Assembly (NCBI GenBank): GCA_030704615.1
Contig: CM060731.1
Coordinates: forward strand, 65,534,001 to 65,598,000
Length of the DNA: 64,000 nt
From: Takakia lepidozioides
Lineage: Eukaryota > Plantae > Bryophyta
Reading direction: 5' to 3'
Below are positions 49,837 to 63,305 of the stretch, in pieces. The notes below the pieces were generated by a model, which saw only the letters and a list, made by a program, of their open reading frames with translations, was not told where the DNA came from and made no database searches. Position 1 is the first letter of the stretch. Every line of letters begins with the position of its first letter. The position numbers and the translations under genes were made by a program.

Positions 49837-51273
49837 TTTCCAGTTTCACTGGTGTCACAACTGCCTTCAAGTCAACATCAAAATTAAGTCCACCTATGCG
49901 CAAATCGCAGAATGTCTCATGACACCATCTGTCGCCGCTGGTTTGGCATGATATGATTGTAGTTCACAACCTTAATGAACACTTTCAGCCTTGACCTCTT
50001 TGCGATCTTCTTCTGCGACTGCTTCTTCATAATTTATGAAAGGGAAAAACAACTACACATCAAATTCTTGCAAGTACAGGGGGTTACTCACGCCTCCTTG
50101 GGAGAAAGAGTGCCATAAACACAGACACATCCTTAAATGTAAAAATTGGAGAAGCGAACGTCTGGTGGCAATAACTGCCTAAACCAGAATTATACTCCAT
50201 TCCAGCGCACATGTAAAGGGTCGGATGATAACTCGGAATCCCAGTTGGAGATAATGAGACGAATACATGACTATCTTGCGAGTTTCAACTTTCTTGGAGG
50301 TAGTTTCCAGTTTCTCTGGTATCACAACTGCCTTCAAGCTGGGTTTAGAGGAATTAAGTCCCACTCGCAAATGCAGAATGTCTCCCTCATCTGCGTGGGC
50401 AAAATGGGGTTTGGCATGATATGATTGTAGTTCACAACCAAAGGGCATATTCTTCAGCCTTGACGTCTTTGCGATCTTCTTCTGTGACGCCTTCTGCATA
50501 ACTTGTGAAATGGAAAAGCAGCTACACATCAAATTATTGCGATGCCACTCAATGGCACTATGAACGTTTCGAGCATGCTGTCAGAAAACTAGACGGGCAA
50601 AAACCCAATTCAGCAACCTCACCTTGCGTGGATACTTGGGAATTGATGCCAGAAGGGCATGCCCGTATGCGCGCTCCATCGTGCCTCCATCCAGCACATT
50701 CTGTAAATGATGAATGACCAAGACCCCGATGTCACACCGTTCTGAGAAGCCACTACGCGCGCTCACAGTATACGAAGGCCTTGTCGTGTCAGGATTTCCA
50801 TTCCCACGTCCCGCCATGTCCGACGCAACACTTGCATCCTTGTCTCTGCCAGGTGGAGGCACCACGTATTAAAATATCTATTCCCCCAAGGCCACATTTT
50901 GTTTACCTCTTTTTGTGAAAACCACGTCAGCAAATGTGCTGCCGAGTCATGGGTGCAATGAATGCACAGTGGTTCATGGAGTCGTTGAGTCGACTACATA
51001 CTCACTTTAATGAATAAATATCTTTATTCCATTAATCGAATTAGGAAAGAAAATTTTTAGTCGCATGTGTAGTAATTACAACCACTTGTAATTTTGGCTT
51101 TTTCAAATTTTCTGTATTTACGCAATTTGTAAAATAGCCCGGAATTCTGCTACGACTCCGGAGTCGTTGACCCCACTTCTGTCCGCCGTCTGAAATGCCC
51201 CCGTGGGCCCACATTGTTTGTTTCGACTCTCCAGTAGTCCTGTTTACTACCAAGTGGTTCCCGGAGTGGTCGC

Positions 51274-51315
51274 GGACATGCAGTCGAATCGGAAAAGACA
51301 CGAATGCTTCTAGTG
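51274..51315 (-). mobile_element. CACTA terminal inverted repeat (right end, ...TAGTG)
   Basis: ggacatgcagtcgaatcggaaaagacacgaatgcttctagtg; lies downstream of the Tnp2 C-terminal fragment and marks an exact homology breakpoint. Confidence 0.85.
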
Positions 51316-54300
51316 CTTCTTTGTCTGAGTCATTCTTAAGCGAGTATATGAATTCACCTGGTTAGGATCTAAGGGTGTAATTATAGTGTCCCTGATTAGA
51401 ATTGATAATGTCCTTGAATGGCGTTGACGACATTCACATCCGGAGTTGTTGAGAGGTCCTCAGAGTTATGTAAATTTTTGTAATGTCCATAGAGTTTACA
51501 GTGAGGGTTCCTCACTTCATTTTGCTGAATGTCAATGCAGACATTCAGTTGTTTTGCATTGTTTTTGCCTCTTGCGAGGAATCTGGAGGCTTGATAAGCT
51601 GTGTTATGAGAAATCCAAAGTGAATGTCGTTGACGACATTCACTTCTGTGTCTGTATTATTCACCAGCGACAATTTGAATTTACATGGATTGGGAGCTAA
51701 GTAATTGGTTCCTTGTTGGTATTTTTGTGAATGGCGTTGACGTCATTCACATACAGTGTTGTTGTGAGGTCCTCAGTGATATGTTCGTTATGAATGTGCA
51801 TTGAGTTTTCCGGGAGGGTTCCTTACTCGAGTTTATGATTTCCATCCTTTGATTTTGCTTCATTTGAGGAATAATTAGGCTTGATTATGAGTGTATTCAC
51901 AAATCCAAAGTGAATGTCGTTGACGACATTCACTTCTATGTCTGTGTCATTCCAAAACGATAGTTTGCATTCTGGATTAGGGTGTATTTACAGTATCATT
52001 GAATGGAATGTTTTGAATGGCGTTGACGACATTCACATCCGGAGCAGTCGTGTGGTCGTGAAAGGTCATTGGAGCAGTTCTCAGAGCCATTTCATTTTAT
52101 GTTTTTTTCATTCTGTTCTTTTTGCATCTTACTCACTGAGCGCTTTGGTGGGTTGGGATTTATCTCCTATTTTTCAGGTACACGAAATATGTGCTTATGG
52201 AAGGAAATCACCTGAGCGGAATTCCTGACTATCTTGACATGTGGTCGGACCCTACAAACGATCCAACCATGTATACTGCAGGGATATTGAAGGACTGGAG
52301 TCCTTCTCACTTCAAAGACTGTGGGTGGTACCTTGACTGCCCACCGGAGCACACGACCTTTCAAGAACAGCATATGAAATACTTGAACAATAACGCTGAG
52401 ATGCTGGCGCCTTTGACTGACGAAGAGTACCAACGAAACATAGCAACATTGGCTGCCAAGGAGCCTGATGCTCAGGGAACGCCGCAGAAGGGAAAGAAGG
52501 CGGGCCGCAAACCAAAAGACAAGGCTATTGATGTCATAGCCATCTCACCAGCAAAGCCAAAGGACAAAGACAAGTCCAAAGAGAAGGAAAATGACAAGGG
52601 GAAAGAGAAAGAAAAGGAGATGGAGAGTGGGCAAGACTTTACTGTTGGAAGATATACCCGCACTATTCAGTGCGTGTTCGATGCCAAGCCACACCCTTCC
52701 CGTTCTGATTCGGAAGGAGAGATGAAAATTGTTAATGAGGGTTGGCTGTCGATGATGCAGAGTCGAAAGAGAGGATACACTGGGGTGCCTTCGCCTACCT
52801 GGGACAATATAATCTCATTCCTCAATCTGGTGAGAATTCCAGTTTCTTTCTTTTTTCTCTGAAAGTTTCGTTGGCAGTATTTCAGTCTCGTTCTTTGAAA
52901 ACATTCTTGCCATCGTTCTTATAAAAAACATGTCTGTTGCAGGTGAGCACAGGTCCCACCTTCGAGTGCGGTGTGCAGAAAACATATGCAGCCGACATTG
53001 TCATTCTCGACATCCCGGATGGCCAGGTTGTGCCAGAAGTTCTTCCAAAGGGCAAGACGCCAGGCTGGAACAAATTCGAGGACAACTACTGGAGTTGGGT
53101 GTTCGGGTTCTGTAAGAACTTCCTCTCTGATGCAGGGACACTTCTGCTTTTTCAGTCATGTGACAATGATAGTCGTCGGGCATTGGCATCATACCTCGAG
53201 TCTTCAGGGTTTGAAGTTTTGCGCACATGGAATTATGTGAACAGCCTCTATCTGTGAAAGGGGGTTGCCCTAGTCAGCTGGTATGCCGTCTCCCTTCTGC
53301 TTGTGCTTTCATGATGAGTTTCAATGTTCTCTGCAGCTCCACTCTAGTAGAATCTGTTATGATCGACACCGATCATCACCGATTCGTGATAAAAATAATT
53401 TTTTTGTGTCTGAGTTCTGAATAGCCGATGTACACACTTCCACTATAGATTGTGTTTACCACACTAACCTGCTATCTTTGGTAGACGAGGATGTTCGAGG
53501 CGATCTGCCCGCGCAGGATTCGCACCTCCAAGACATCATCCTCCATCCGCAGCTTTGAGATTTCTGACCAGGGTTGTTTCGTCCACCCCCCCTATGAGCC
53601 CCATGTCGATGACATTTTGTACAACTTCATGCAGTCCAGTCAGACTCTGAAGAGACCAGATGGCACTCCTTGGAGAGGTGCAAAGGAAAAGTCCCCAGTG
53701 TTCATGCAAATACTGCTGGAGTCATGCAGCCACCACTCTTCATGGGTGGTCGATCTTTCTGTGTCCACATGTTCGTTCTTTCCCTTCCGAATTGGTTTTC
53801 TTTCAACAGTTTCATTTGTTTAAATCCCCCCACCAAACTGTTCATGTCCTCCTGTGTGGTGCAGGAGCAACTTACCATGCATGCAAGGCAGGCGGAAGAA
53901 GCCTTTTTGGCATGGAGGGTGATTCTGACCTCTACAACATAGTGCTCCTCCCCCTTTTGTCTGGCTCCACTTCAGGCACACAGACTGATCGGATTCAAAT
54001 TCGAAATGATGACGATCCCGAAGATAAGCAGGTCGACAACGACTTTTCATGTGAGTAAGTGCTAAACCCTCTTTGGGAGCCATACTCAATTTCTCAATAA
54101 CATCAAAGTTACAGTAATAACTTTTTCATGCTGTCTTTCAGGAAAGGCAGCGGTGGATCTTCAGGAGATACAGTCATTTCTGGCGAGTCTGTTTTCGACA
54201 GCCCCCTTTCCAATTTTCTGCTTCCTGTTTATGCCGAAGCAATGACACTTCACGCGGCCGAGTCCCTATCCCCTGACTTTTTACTGCCAGCCGTAGGTGT

Positions 54301-54948
54301 ATCCAGCGTGGATCCGGTGTTCTAAAATACTTAGACTTAGATGCAGAGGAAGCGGGGATACATTGAACTGACTCTGAGTCAGACTGAACTATATTCTTTT
54401 AATATTCATTTTCATACTATCTGGAAAATGTTGAATCCCCTTCCTCCACCGTAGTTGTTCCTTTAGAACAAATAATAATCACAGAATCAACTTTCATTTA
54501 AATTGCAATATGTATGAATCCATCTCACAAACCTCCCTGACTCTTCTCATATCCATTGTGCATTCATCTACAGTGTATTCATGCGTGCTCCATTCATGAA
54601 TGTTTTCCTTTGTTCAACATCCATTGTACATTCATCCTCTGTACTCTTTAATCCACCCCACAAACCTTCCACACTCATTTCATATACGTTGTGCATTCGT
54701 CAAAAGATTTGGTCATGCATCTTCCTGTCATGAATTTTTGTCATTGCTCAACATCCATTATACATTCATCCATTTTACTCTTATCCATCCCTCATTCATC
54801 CATCTACATTCATTTTTCACACTCATCCATCTGTTTATCATCCAACTGTACATTCATCCATCGTTTATTCAATGCCTTTTATTATGTCGTCCAGCTTGTT
54901 TCCGCGGTAAAGGGTGCCAATCCGCGGGAATACACTCCACTTCTTTCT
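51316..54948 (+). pseudogene. 3' partial copy of the ParB/methyltransferase-like gene, with inverted 3' segment
   Basis: Homologous to 45027-47600 (motif reads ADIVILDIPDG here). About 54020-54948 is the reverse complement of 47608-48537. Confidence 0.88.
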
Positions 54949-57900
54949 AGGCGCGTGGTGACGCGGCCTTCACGTGTGATGACGTGGAGTGAGCCCCGTG
55001 ACGTGGCATTGGCGCAAGGTGACGTGGCGTGAGCGCAGTTGCGCTCACGTGACCAGGCTCACGCCGAGGCATCCCTGGGCTGAAATGGAGAAGTACCATT
55101 TGTGTGGGACTGATGAAGAGCCGCACACGTGCGCTAGTGTCGCGCAAGCCCTCTGATGCACGCAAAAAGACGACCGCAAGCTGGGCATGGGGTACGGTCT
55201 GATGGGAGAGGCGCATGCTGTCGGGGTAAGAGTGATGGGGTCGGCAATGCAGGCTGCACAACTGGAGAAGAAGTGACTGGCGTGGGACCTCGAACCCTAC
55301 CTGAGAGGCGCAGTGGGGGAGGGCTCAACAGACACTGTGGGAGTTCTTCGGTCGGTGGGGCGCCAATGGAAGAACCTGGAATCAGCGGTGGAGAAGACCG
55401 TTGTGAAGAGGACGACTCTTCTTGAACTTGGTGTCTGGAGCTTGGACTCTGGTGCGCATCAGGAACATGTGAGCTACGGGTAGGGGTACGTTGGCGTTGG
55501 GGTCTTCCAAGAGGAGCAGGTCTTCTAGCAGGAACAGTTCGCGGCTGTGTTCAGCACCTCTCGTTGCTCTGGGGAGCGAACTGTCAGGGATGGTGGAGTA
55601 GGCAGTAAAGGGATTGTGGTGAGGGTTGGAGCTGGCTGCCTTTACGGCGTCGGGGCTGAACAAGCTGGGGGACGAGCCGATCAAGGCCGCCTGACCGGCG
55701 TGGGGCCCACTGTTGCACAACGTCCGCTTGCTCGCTTAGCGCTGCTACCAACACCTCCACTAACTTGGTGGCGCTGCAGGCCTTGCCGAGGTCTGGCGGC
55801 GACGCTGCTCATCGTACTTTTCACTTCCTTCTCTCTGTCTCTCTCACCCTCTAGATACGATCGCACACCCGAAAAGCCAAAGGACAGCCTTCACCGGCGT
55901 TGGCGCTCTATCTCTCGCTCAGTGGAATTCACTTTCTAAAGGTCTCGTTGCTTCCCTACTGCCACAAAATACGGACGGAGTGGAAATTCCATCCGGGACA
56001 TAAACTGGCGACGCCATAAGAATTAAGAGTCAAAGGTCCAAACTCACTTGAAATTCGAACCGCTCTACAGGACCACCATAGATACATCAGACGAGAACTT
56101 AGGGAACTTCACGTGAGGCAGTCATGGAAACCAGCCAACTCTTACAGCAAAACTCCAGTTCTAACGAGAGAGAGAGAGGAGAGGTAGACTTTGTCTCTGA
56201 CTGTTGCGATTTCAAGTGAGTTTGGACCTTTGACTCTTCATTCTTATGGCGTCGCTAGTTTATGTCCCGGATGGAATTTCCACTCCGTCCGTATTTTGTG
56301 GCAGTAGGGAAGCAACGAGACCTTTAGAAAGTGAATTCCACTGTGCTTTTCCACTGAGCGAGAGATAGAGCGCCAACGCCGGTGAAGGCTGTCCTTTGGC
56401 TTTTCGGGTGTGCGATCGTATCTAGAGGGCGAGAGAGACAGAGAGAGACAGAGAGAAGGAAGTGAAAAGTATGATGAGCAGCGTCGCCGCCAGACCTCGG
56501 CAAGGCCTGCAGCGCCACCAAGTTAGTGGAGGTGTTGGCAGTAGCGACAGCGGTAGCAGCGCTAAGCGAGCAAGCGGACGTTGTGCAACAGTGGGCCCCA
56601 CGCCGGTCAGGCGGCCTCGATCGGCTCGTCCCCCAGCTTGTTCAGCCCCGACGCCGTACAGGCAGCCAGCTCCAATCCTCACCACAACCCCTTTACTGCC
56701 TACTGCACCATCCCTGATAGTTCGCTCCCTAGAGCAACGAGAGGTGCTGAACACAGCCGCAAACTGCTCCTGCTAGAAGACCTGCTCCTCTTGGAAGACC
56801 CCAACGCCAACGTACCCCTACCCCTAGCTCACATGTTCCTGATGCGCACCAGAGTCCAAGCTCCAGACACCAAGTTCAAGAAGAGTCGTCCTCTTCACAA
56901 TGGTCTTCTCCACCACTGATTCCAGGTTCTTCCATTGGCGCCCCACCGACCGAAGAACTCCCACAGTGTCTGTTGAGCCCTCCCCCACTGCGACTCTCAG
57001 GTAGGGTTCGAGGTCCCACGCCAGTCACTTCTTCTCCAGTTGTGCAACCTGCATTGCCGACCCCATCACTCTTACCCCGACAGCATGCGCCTCTCCCATC
57101 AGACCGTACCCCATGCCCAGCTTGCGGTCGTCTTTTTGCGCGCATCAGAGGGCTTGCGCAACACTAGCGCACGTGTGCGGCTCTTCATCAGTCCCACACA
57201 AATGGTACTTCTCCATTTCAGCCCAGGGATGCCTCGGCGTGAGCCTGGTCACGTGAGCGCAACTGCGCTCACGCCACGTCACGGGGCTCACTCCACGTCA
57301 TCACACGTGAAGGCCGCGTCACCACGCGCCTAGAAAGAAGTGGAGTGTATTCCCGCGGATTGGCACCCTTTACCGCGGAAACAAGCTGGACGACATAATA
57401 AAAGGCATTGAATAAACGATGGATGAATGTACAGTTGGATGATAAACAGATGATGAGTGTGAAAATGAATGTAGATGGATGAATGAGGGATGGATAAGAG
57501 TAAAATGGATGAATGTATAATGGATGTTGAGCAATGACAAAAATTCATGACAGGAAGATGCATGACCAAATCTTTTGACGAATGCACAACGTATATGAAA
57601 TGAGTGTGGAAGGTTTGTGGGGTGGATTAAAGAGTACAGAGGATGAATGTACAATGGATGTTGAACAAAGGAAAACATTCATGAATGGAGCACGCATGAA
57701 TACACTGTAGATGAATGCACAATGGATATGAGAAGAGTCAGGGAGGTTTGTGAGATGGATTCATACATATTGCAATTTAAATGAAAGTTGATTCTGTGAT
57801 TATTATTTGTTCTAAAGGAACAACTACGGTGGAGGAGGGGATTCAACATTTTCCAGATAGTATGAAAATGAATATTAAAAGAATATAGTTCAGTCTGACT

Positions 57901-59159
57901 CAGAGTCAGTTCAATGTATCCCCGCTTCCTCTGCATCTAAGTCTAAGTATTTTAGAACACCGGATCCACGCTGGATACACCTACGGCTGGCAGTAAAAAG
58001 TCAGGGATAGGGACTCGGCCGCGTGAAGTGTCATTGCTTCGGCATAAACAGGAAGCAGAAAATTGGAAAGGGGGCTGTCGAAAACAGACTCGCCAGAAAT
58101 GACTGTATCTCCTGAAGATCCACCGCTGCCTTTCCTGAAAGACAGCATGAAAAAGTTATTACTGTAACTTTGATGTTATTGAGAAATTGAGTATGGCTCC
58201 CAAAGAGGGTTTAGCACTTACTCACATGAAAAGTCGTTGTCGACCTGCTTATCTTCGGGATCGTCATCATTTCGAATTTGAATCCGATCAGTCTGTGTGC
58301 CTGAAGTGGAGCCAGACAAAAGGGGGAGGAGCACTATGTTGTAGAGGTCAGAATCACCCTCCATGCCAAAAAGGCTTCTTCCGCCTGCCTTGCATGCATG
58401 GTAAGTTGCTCCTGCACCACACAGGACGACATGAACAGTTTGGTGGGGGGATTTAAACAGATGAAACTGTTGAAAGAAAACCAATTCGGAAGGGAAGAAC
58501 GAACCTGTGGACACAGAAAGATCGACCACCCGTGCAGAGTGGTGGCTGCATGACTCCAGCAGTATTTGCATGAACGCTGGGGACTTTTCCTTTGCACCTC
58601 TCCAGGGAGTGCCATCTGGTCTCTTCAGAGTCTGACTAGACTGCATGAAGTTGTACAAAATGTCATCGACATGGGGCTCATAGGGGGGGTTGACGAAACA
58701 ACCCTGGTCAGAAATCTCAAAGCTGCGGATGGAGGATGATGTCTTGGAGGTGCGAATCCTGCGCGGGCAGATCGCCTCGAACATCCTCGTCTACCAAAGA
58801 TAGCAGGTTAGTGTGGTAAACACAATCTATAGTGGAAGTGTGTACATCGGCTATTCAGAACTCAGATACAAAAAAATCATTTTTATCACGAATCGGTGAT
58901 GATCGGTGTCGATCATAACAGATTCTACTAGAGTGGAGCTGCAGAGAACATTGAAACTCATCATGAAAGCACAAGTAGAAGGGAGACGGCATACCAGCTA
59001 ACTAGGGCAACCCCCTTTCACAAGGTAGAGGTTGTTCACATAATTCCATGTGCGCAAAACTTCAAACCCTGAAGACTTGAGGTATGATTCCAATGCCCGA
59101 CGACTATCATTGTCACATGACTGAAAAAGCAGAAGTGTCCCTGCATCAGAGAGGAAGTT
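53117..59159. repeat. ~3-kb-arm inverted duplication (53117-56054 vs 56209-59159), about 155-bp spacer
   Basis: Arms are reverse complements across several internal junctions, with scattered SNPs and small indels. Confidence 0.92.
57331..59159 (-). pseudogene. Mirror-arm 3' copy of the methyltransferase-like exons
   Basis: ORF 58218-58784: GCFVNPPYEPHVDDILYN...RVVDLSVSTG[intron]ATYHACKAGGRSLFGMEGD. Confidence 0.88.
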
Positions 59160-61214
59160 AGCGGCTCTCGGCGACAGCATTCTCAACAAAGCTGTGAAAG
59201 GCACGGATTGTCTGGTCCAAATGGTGGTCCACAAACAGGAAGGCGTTGTGCTTGTGAGCAAAATAGCTCATGCCTTGCCACCGCTGGGATTACAGTGGTT
59301 GCCTGGGGCTGGGCCAGCCAGTAGGACTCGAACATGGTAGGATCCCCATGAAAGAGGTGAAGAACGCAATCAGGAATTAGTTGAGCGCATTGAGGATTAT
59401 TCACAAGTGGAGACTTGCAACAGCTCAAAGGCCCTCTTGACAGCATCTGACCTACATAGACCGCAACCAGTACCTCGATTGCCAACAAGGAGCCTGATGG
59501 AGTGCAGATCGAAAACGTTTTAAAGCGTAGCTGTAGACCTTCATCAGTGCCCCACCTTACATAGAGACAAGCAGGAGACTCCCGCTGCAACCTGGGCACT
59601 CATCGATTGCTCCATCTACACATCTCTCATTCCATTTCTTCAGCAGCATCAACTTCACTGTTGTCGCCGCCCACACGCTTATGTTTCTTGGACTCTACTA
59701 AAAATCTATGGAATTTTTTGAGTGTGAGTGTGCTATGAAAGATCCACAATTCTATTTCTAGAACCTGTTGTGGTCTACCTGAGAGACAAATCTGTGGATG
59801 TCCTCCTTGTATGGCTGGGGGAAATGAGGACGTAATTGAAGGGCATGTCTCTTCTCTTAGCCTGTGCACACAAAGGGACAAGATTTATGTTTCCCAAGGA
59901 ACTCAGACTGATTTGAATGGAGAGCAGTTGGACGAGTTGATTGCATACTGGGAGTCAGGCATTAGCAATAGACAACAAATTGCTGTAGTTGGCGTTGAGG
60001 GCCTCAATATTGCTTTGGACAGTCAGAACTCTGTTGAAGCCAGCAGTTCTGCAGCTGTAGGTGAAATACCAAGGTGGGTGAAAGCTAGGCTTGGAACACA
60101 GCCAAAGACAGCCCCGGGGACCAAGGTGTTCAGCCACAAGGCCGTGGTGTACTGGAGCAGAGGAGCAGGAGCTACACAAGTTTGTGCAATCAGACATGGT
60201 TGAAGCCGGACACGTTCTACACGGGGCAACCACGAGCGGGGGTTCATTAGCAATGAAAAGTTTGTTCTGCTTGAAGGAGATGCAGTCATTCGCAATGAAG
60301 ACACCCGCAACCGTCTCAAAGTTTTCGAGTTGAGAGACTGTCAGACCCTACCTTTATTTTCTTTAGTGTTCAGTGAGCGGGAGATAAGGGAGTATTGCTT
60401 TGTCTCTACCTGGCAGAAAGAAGAGGAGGGTTGGTTAGAGCGAGCTACTGTAGCTTGGGACAAGGTTAGTGGCAGGTTTCTGGACATAGATATACCTCCT
60501 ACACCTTACCATCATGCAGAGTGAGGCACTTTGAGAGAAGTCTGGCAGTTGATAGCATAGATCAAGATTAGATCTTGTTTGGTCGGGCTTCTATTTTTCC
60601 CCTCCTTCTCTTTACTATTTTCATTACTTTGTGCCAAAGCCTCTCTTGGTGGAGGCCAGTCAGTCCGGGGTTTTGGGCTGGGATATTTTGCAGGATCAGC
60701 ATTGCAGATGGATTTTGATGTGGGGGTGTTGATGTTTTGATTTCTTGTGTTTGGATCCCCCCCAACACCTGCACGCTTGACTGTGTGCCATGTTGGTTTT
60801 GTGTGGGCGCTTGCTTTCATAGGTATTAGGCCGGATTTAATCACCGGCCAATCCTAGAGTATGCTGTCGGTGGTGAGGCTGGAGTGATGACCAGCGAGAC
60901 CACCAGTGTTTCTTCTATGATGAGACTGGGTTGATGACCAGCCAACCATATGAGTTCTTGCAGTGGATGCAGGTGCAGGTACCCTGAGCCACTGGGATAT
61001 GACCCTTAAACTGCAACAGGTGCCCACCCGTGTCACTATTAGAATTAGTACTAGAGCCTTATAGTGTCACGTGGGGAAGGTGCACATTGTGAGTATCATC
61101 ACGGAGTTACCCAAGGGTTTTGAGGGGAGTACGGCTACAGGCAGTAACAGTGAGAGTGGGTTCACAAGACGAGGTATTCGGTTCAGACCACCTTCACCTC
61201 CACCCTCAATTACT

Positions 61215-61852
61215 GTAGAGTCTGACACAGACCTACTTTCTTCTCTTTGGCCGAGAGCCGGATTTGCCTACATCCATTCGCAGAGAAGCTGCTACAATTC
61301 TTAACCTTGACAATCCGGACGTGTGGGCACGTGCATGTGAGGCACGTGCATGTGGGCAGCCTGCAGAGTTGTTCAAGAAAATCATGCCCATGGCTTTCGA
61401 GAACCTTGCCATTGCACAACATCGTGATACGTTGAGGTATGCTACCATACGTGGTGGGGGTTATCGTCCTGGGGTTCGGAGATTCAACCCTGGTGACTAT
61501 GTCTATCTGCAGCAGACTGCTCCTACGACCTTGGATGTGACTGCAGGACGTGTTAGACGGGCAGGTCTTGCCCTCAGGCGTCTTGATCTTGGAGGGTCGG
61601 GATGACATAACTTGGAAGGATCATGTGTGTAATTGTGCGCCATGTCACCTTCCGAATGTCGATGGCAGGATTGACCCAAACCTGGCAATGATATCTACAA
61701 GTTTGAGGTGCATGTTGTGTGGGTCTGCTAGAGGGGCAGCCACCATGCTGGTGTGTGATCGATGCTCTAGAGGTTGGCATATGGGATGCTTGACTCCACC
61801 TCTTGAGATGGTTCCGGATGGGGATTGGTTATGTCCACATTGCATTGGATAG
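61215..61852 (+). mobile_element. LTR-retrotransposon integrase C-terminal tail ending in a PHD finger
   Basis: AFENLAIAQHRD...RRFNPGDYVYL (gypsy integrase tail), then CMLC...MLVCDRCSRGWHMGCLTPPLEMVPDGDWLCPHC (C4HC3). Confidence 0.82.
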
Positions 61853-62101
61853 TGGGAGTGGATACAACCATGGAAGGCTAACAAGAAACGCAAGGCCAAG
61901 CTACTAGGAGACCTTGAACACACGAGATCCTAGCTCAAGTTCACAGATTGCAAGACGGCGACTAACGATGGGGCTACTCTTGTACCGGCCTCTTGGTCTA
62001 TAGAGTTTGAGTACAATAGGGACAGTGATAGAGGACTTAGTACGGCTGTGGCTATTACATCTTGTAGCTATCTGGAGTTAGAGGGACCTATCCACCAGCT
62101 A

Positions 62102-62652
62102 GGGGGGCGATTGTGGCAGACTACTTTATTGTGCATATATGCGTGGTGTGGTTTGGACAACGATGTAGTTGTGTAGCGATATGTATGCGCACGACAGCTG
62201 TCAAGTTAAATAAACACAGTGTGAAACTAACTAGAATAAAGTTAGTTATTTATATTTAACACTTGGATTTAGTTCAAGTGTTAAGTCAGGTGTCAAGTTT
62301 AGTTTGACACCTGAACCGTCTTATCTTCACGAGAGCGTCAGTCGTGCGGCTCATCTCTCTCGAGTTGAGCCTGCACGACCGAGCTCCTTCACCGTTCAGA
62401 ACCTGAATGTGCTTATGAAGGGAGAAAGGGTTGTTGTGGGATGGAGCTTGGGGTGCCCCTGGCTCGACTATTATTTTAAAGAGTGATGGTGTTGTGTTTT
62501 GTGTTTCTCTTGTTATTTGAGTTTAGTTCTTTCTTATCATTCGAGAGAGATGAGCTTGGGGGGCGATTGTGGCAGACTACTTTATTGTGCATATATGCGT
62601 GGTGTGGTTTGGACAGCGATGTAGTTGTGTAGCGATATGTATGCGCACGACA
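62102..62652 (+). repeat. PPT-like tract plus LTR-start sequence present twice (62102-62196 and 62557-62652)
   Basis: ggggggcgat-TGTGGCAGACTACTTTATTG... about 95-bp direct repeat downstream of the PHD stop. Confidence 0.7.
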
Positions 62653-63305
62653 CATGTTGTAATGATCAAATTTTGTAATTCTTTGATGATTTTGTCGATT
62701 TTTTGATATGCGTTCATCATACTTCATATCATGCATACATCAAAACCTCATCTCAAAATTGTATTCCATCTAATAAAAAAAGTGCAACAATCTAATTTGG
62801 ATACTATGAAAACAAGCTTGATTGGATTCTATTCATTTGTATGTAGAGAAAAGTAGAGATTCAACAGTATAAATTCTTGACTTAACAATGCACATACCTT
62901 CAATATGTACAAAATCCATGATGTAGATTGTTCCATCAAGAATTGTTGATCCAACATCTCCATCCTCGGAATCCGAGTCCGGTTCAGTCTCCCATCCCCG
63001 CCAACACACCATAGAGAGTGCACAAGGTGATGAGAGCATAGATAGAGAGGAACCGATTCTCAAGTAAATCAATTTAACCTGGAGCGGGTGAGTGATGTTG
63101 AGAGAGAAAGGTGTTGTAAAGGCAACTACAGGAATAGTGGACAATGAGTTAATATGAGGAATAGGAGTTGCACCATTGTGCACCGTATTGTCGCAGTAGG
63201 TGGCTGTTTTATAACCAAGACTGCACAACTTTGCTCCGGTTTTCTTTGTCGAATTGGTGCTGTCCTAAATTTATTATCTCACAAGAAGGAACGATCTGCA
63301 GCAAC

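Noticed and set aside
59157-60524. LAALGDSILN as an RNase III signature, and nearby ORFs
   Set aside because: Starts at a junction, lacks the rest of the domain, and the neighbouring ORFs are unrecognisable.
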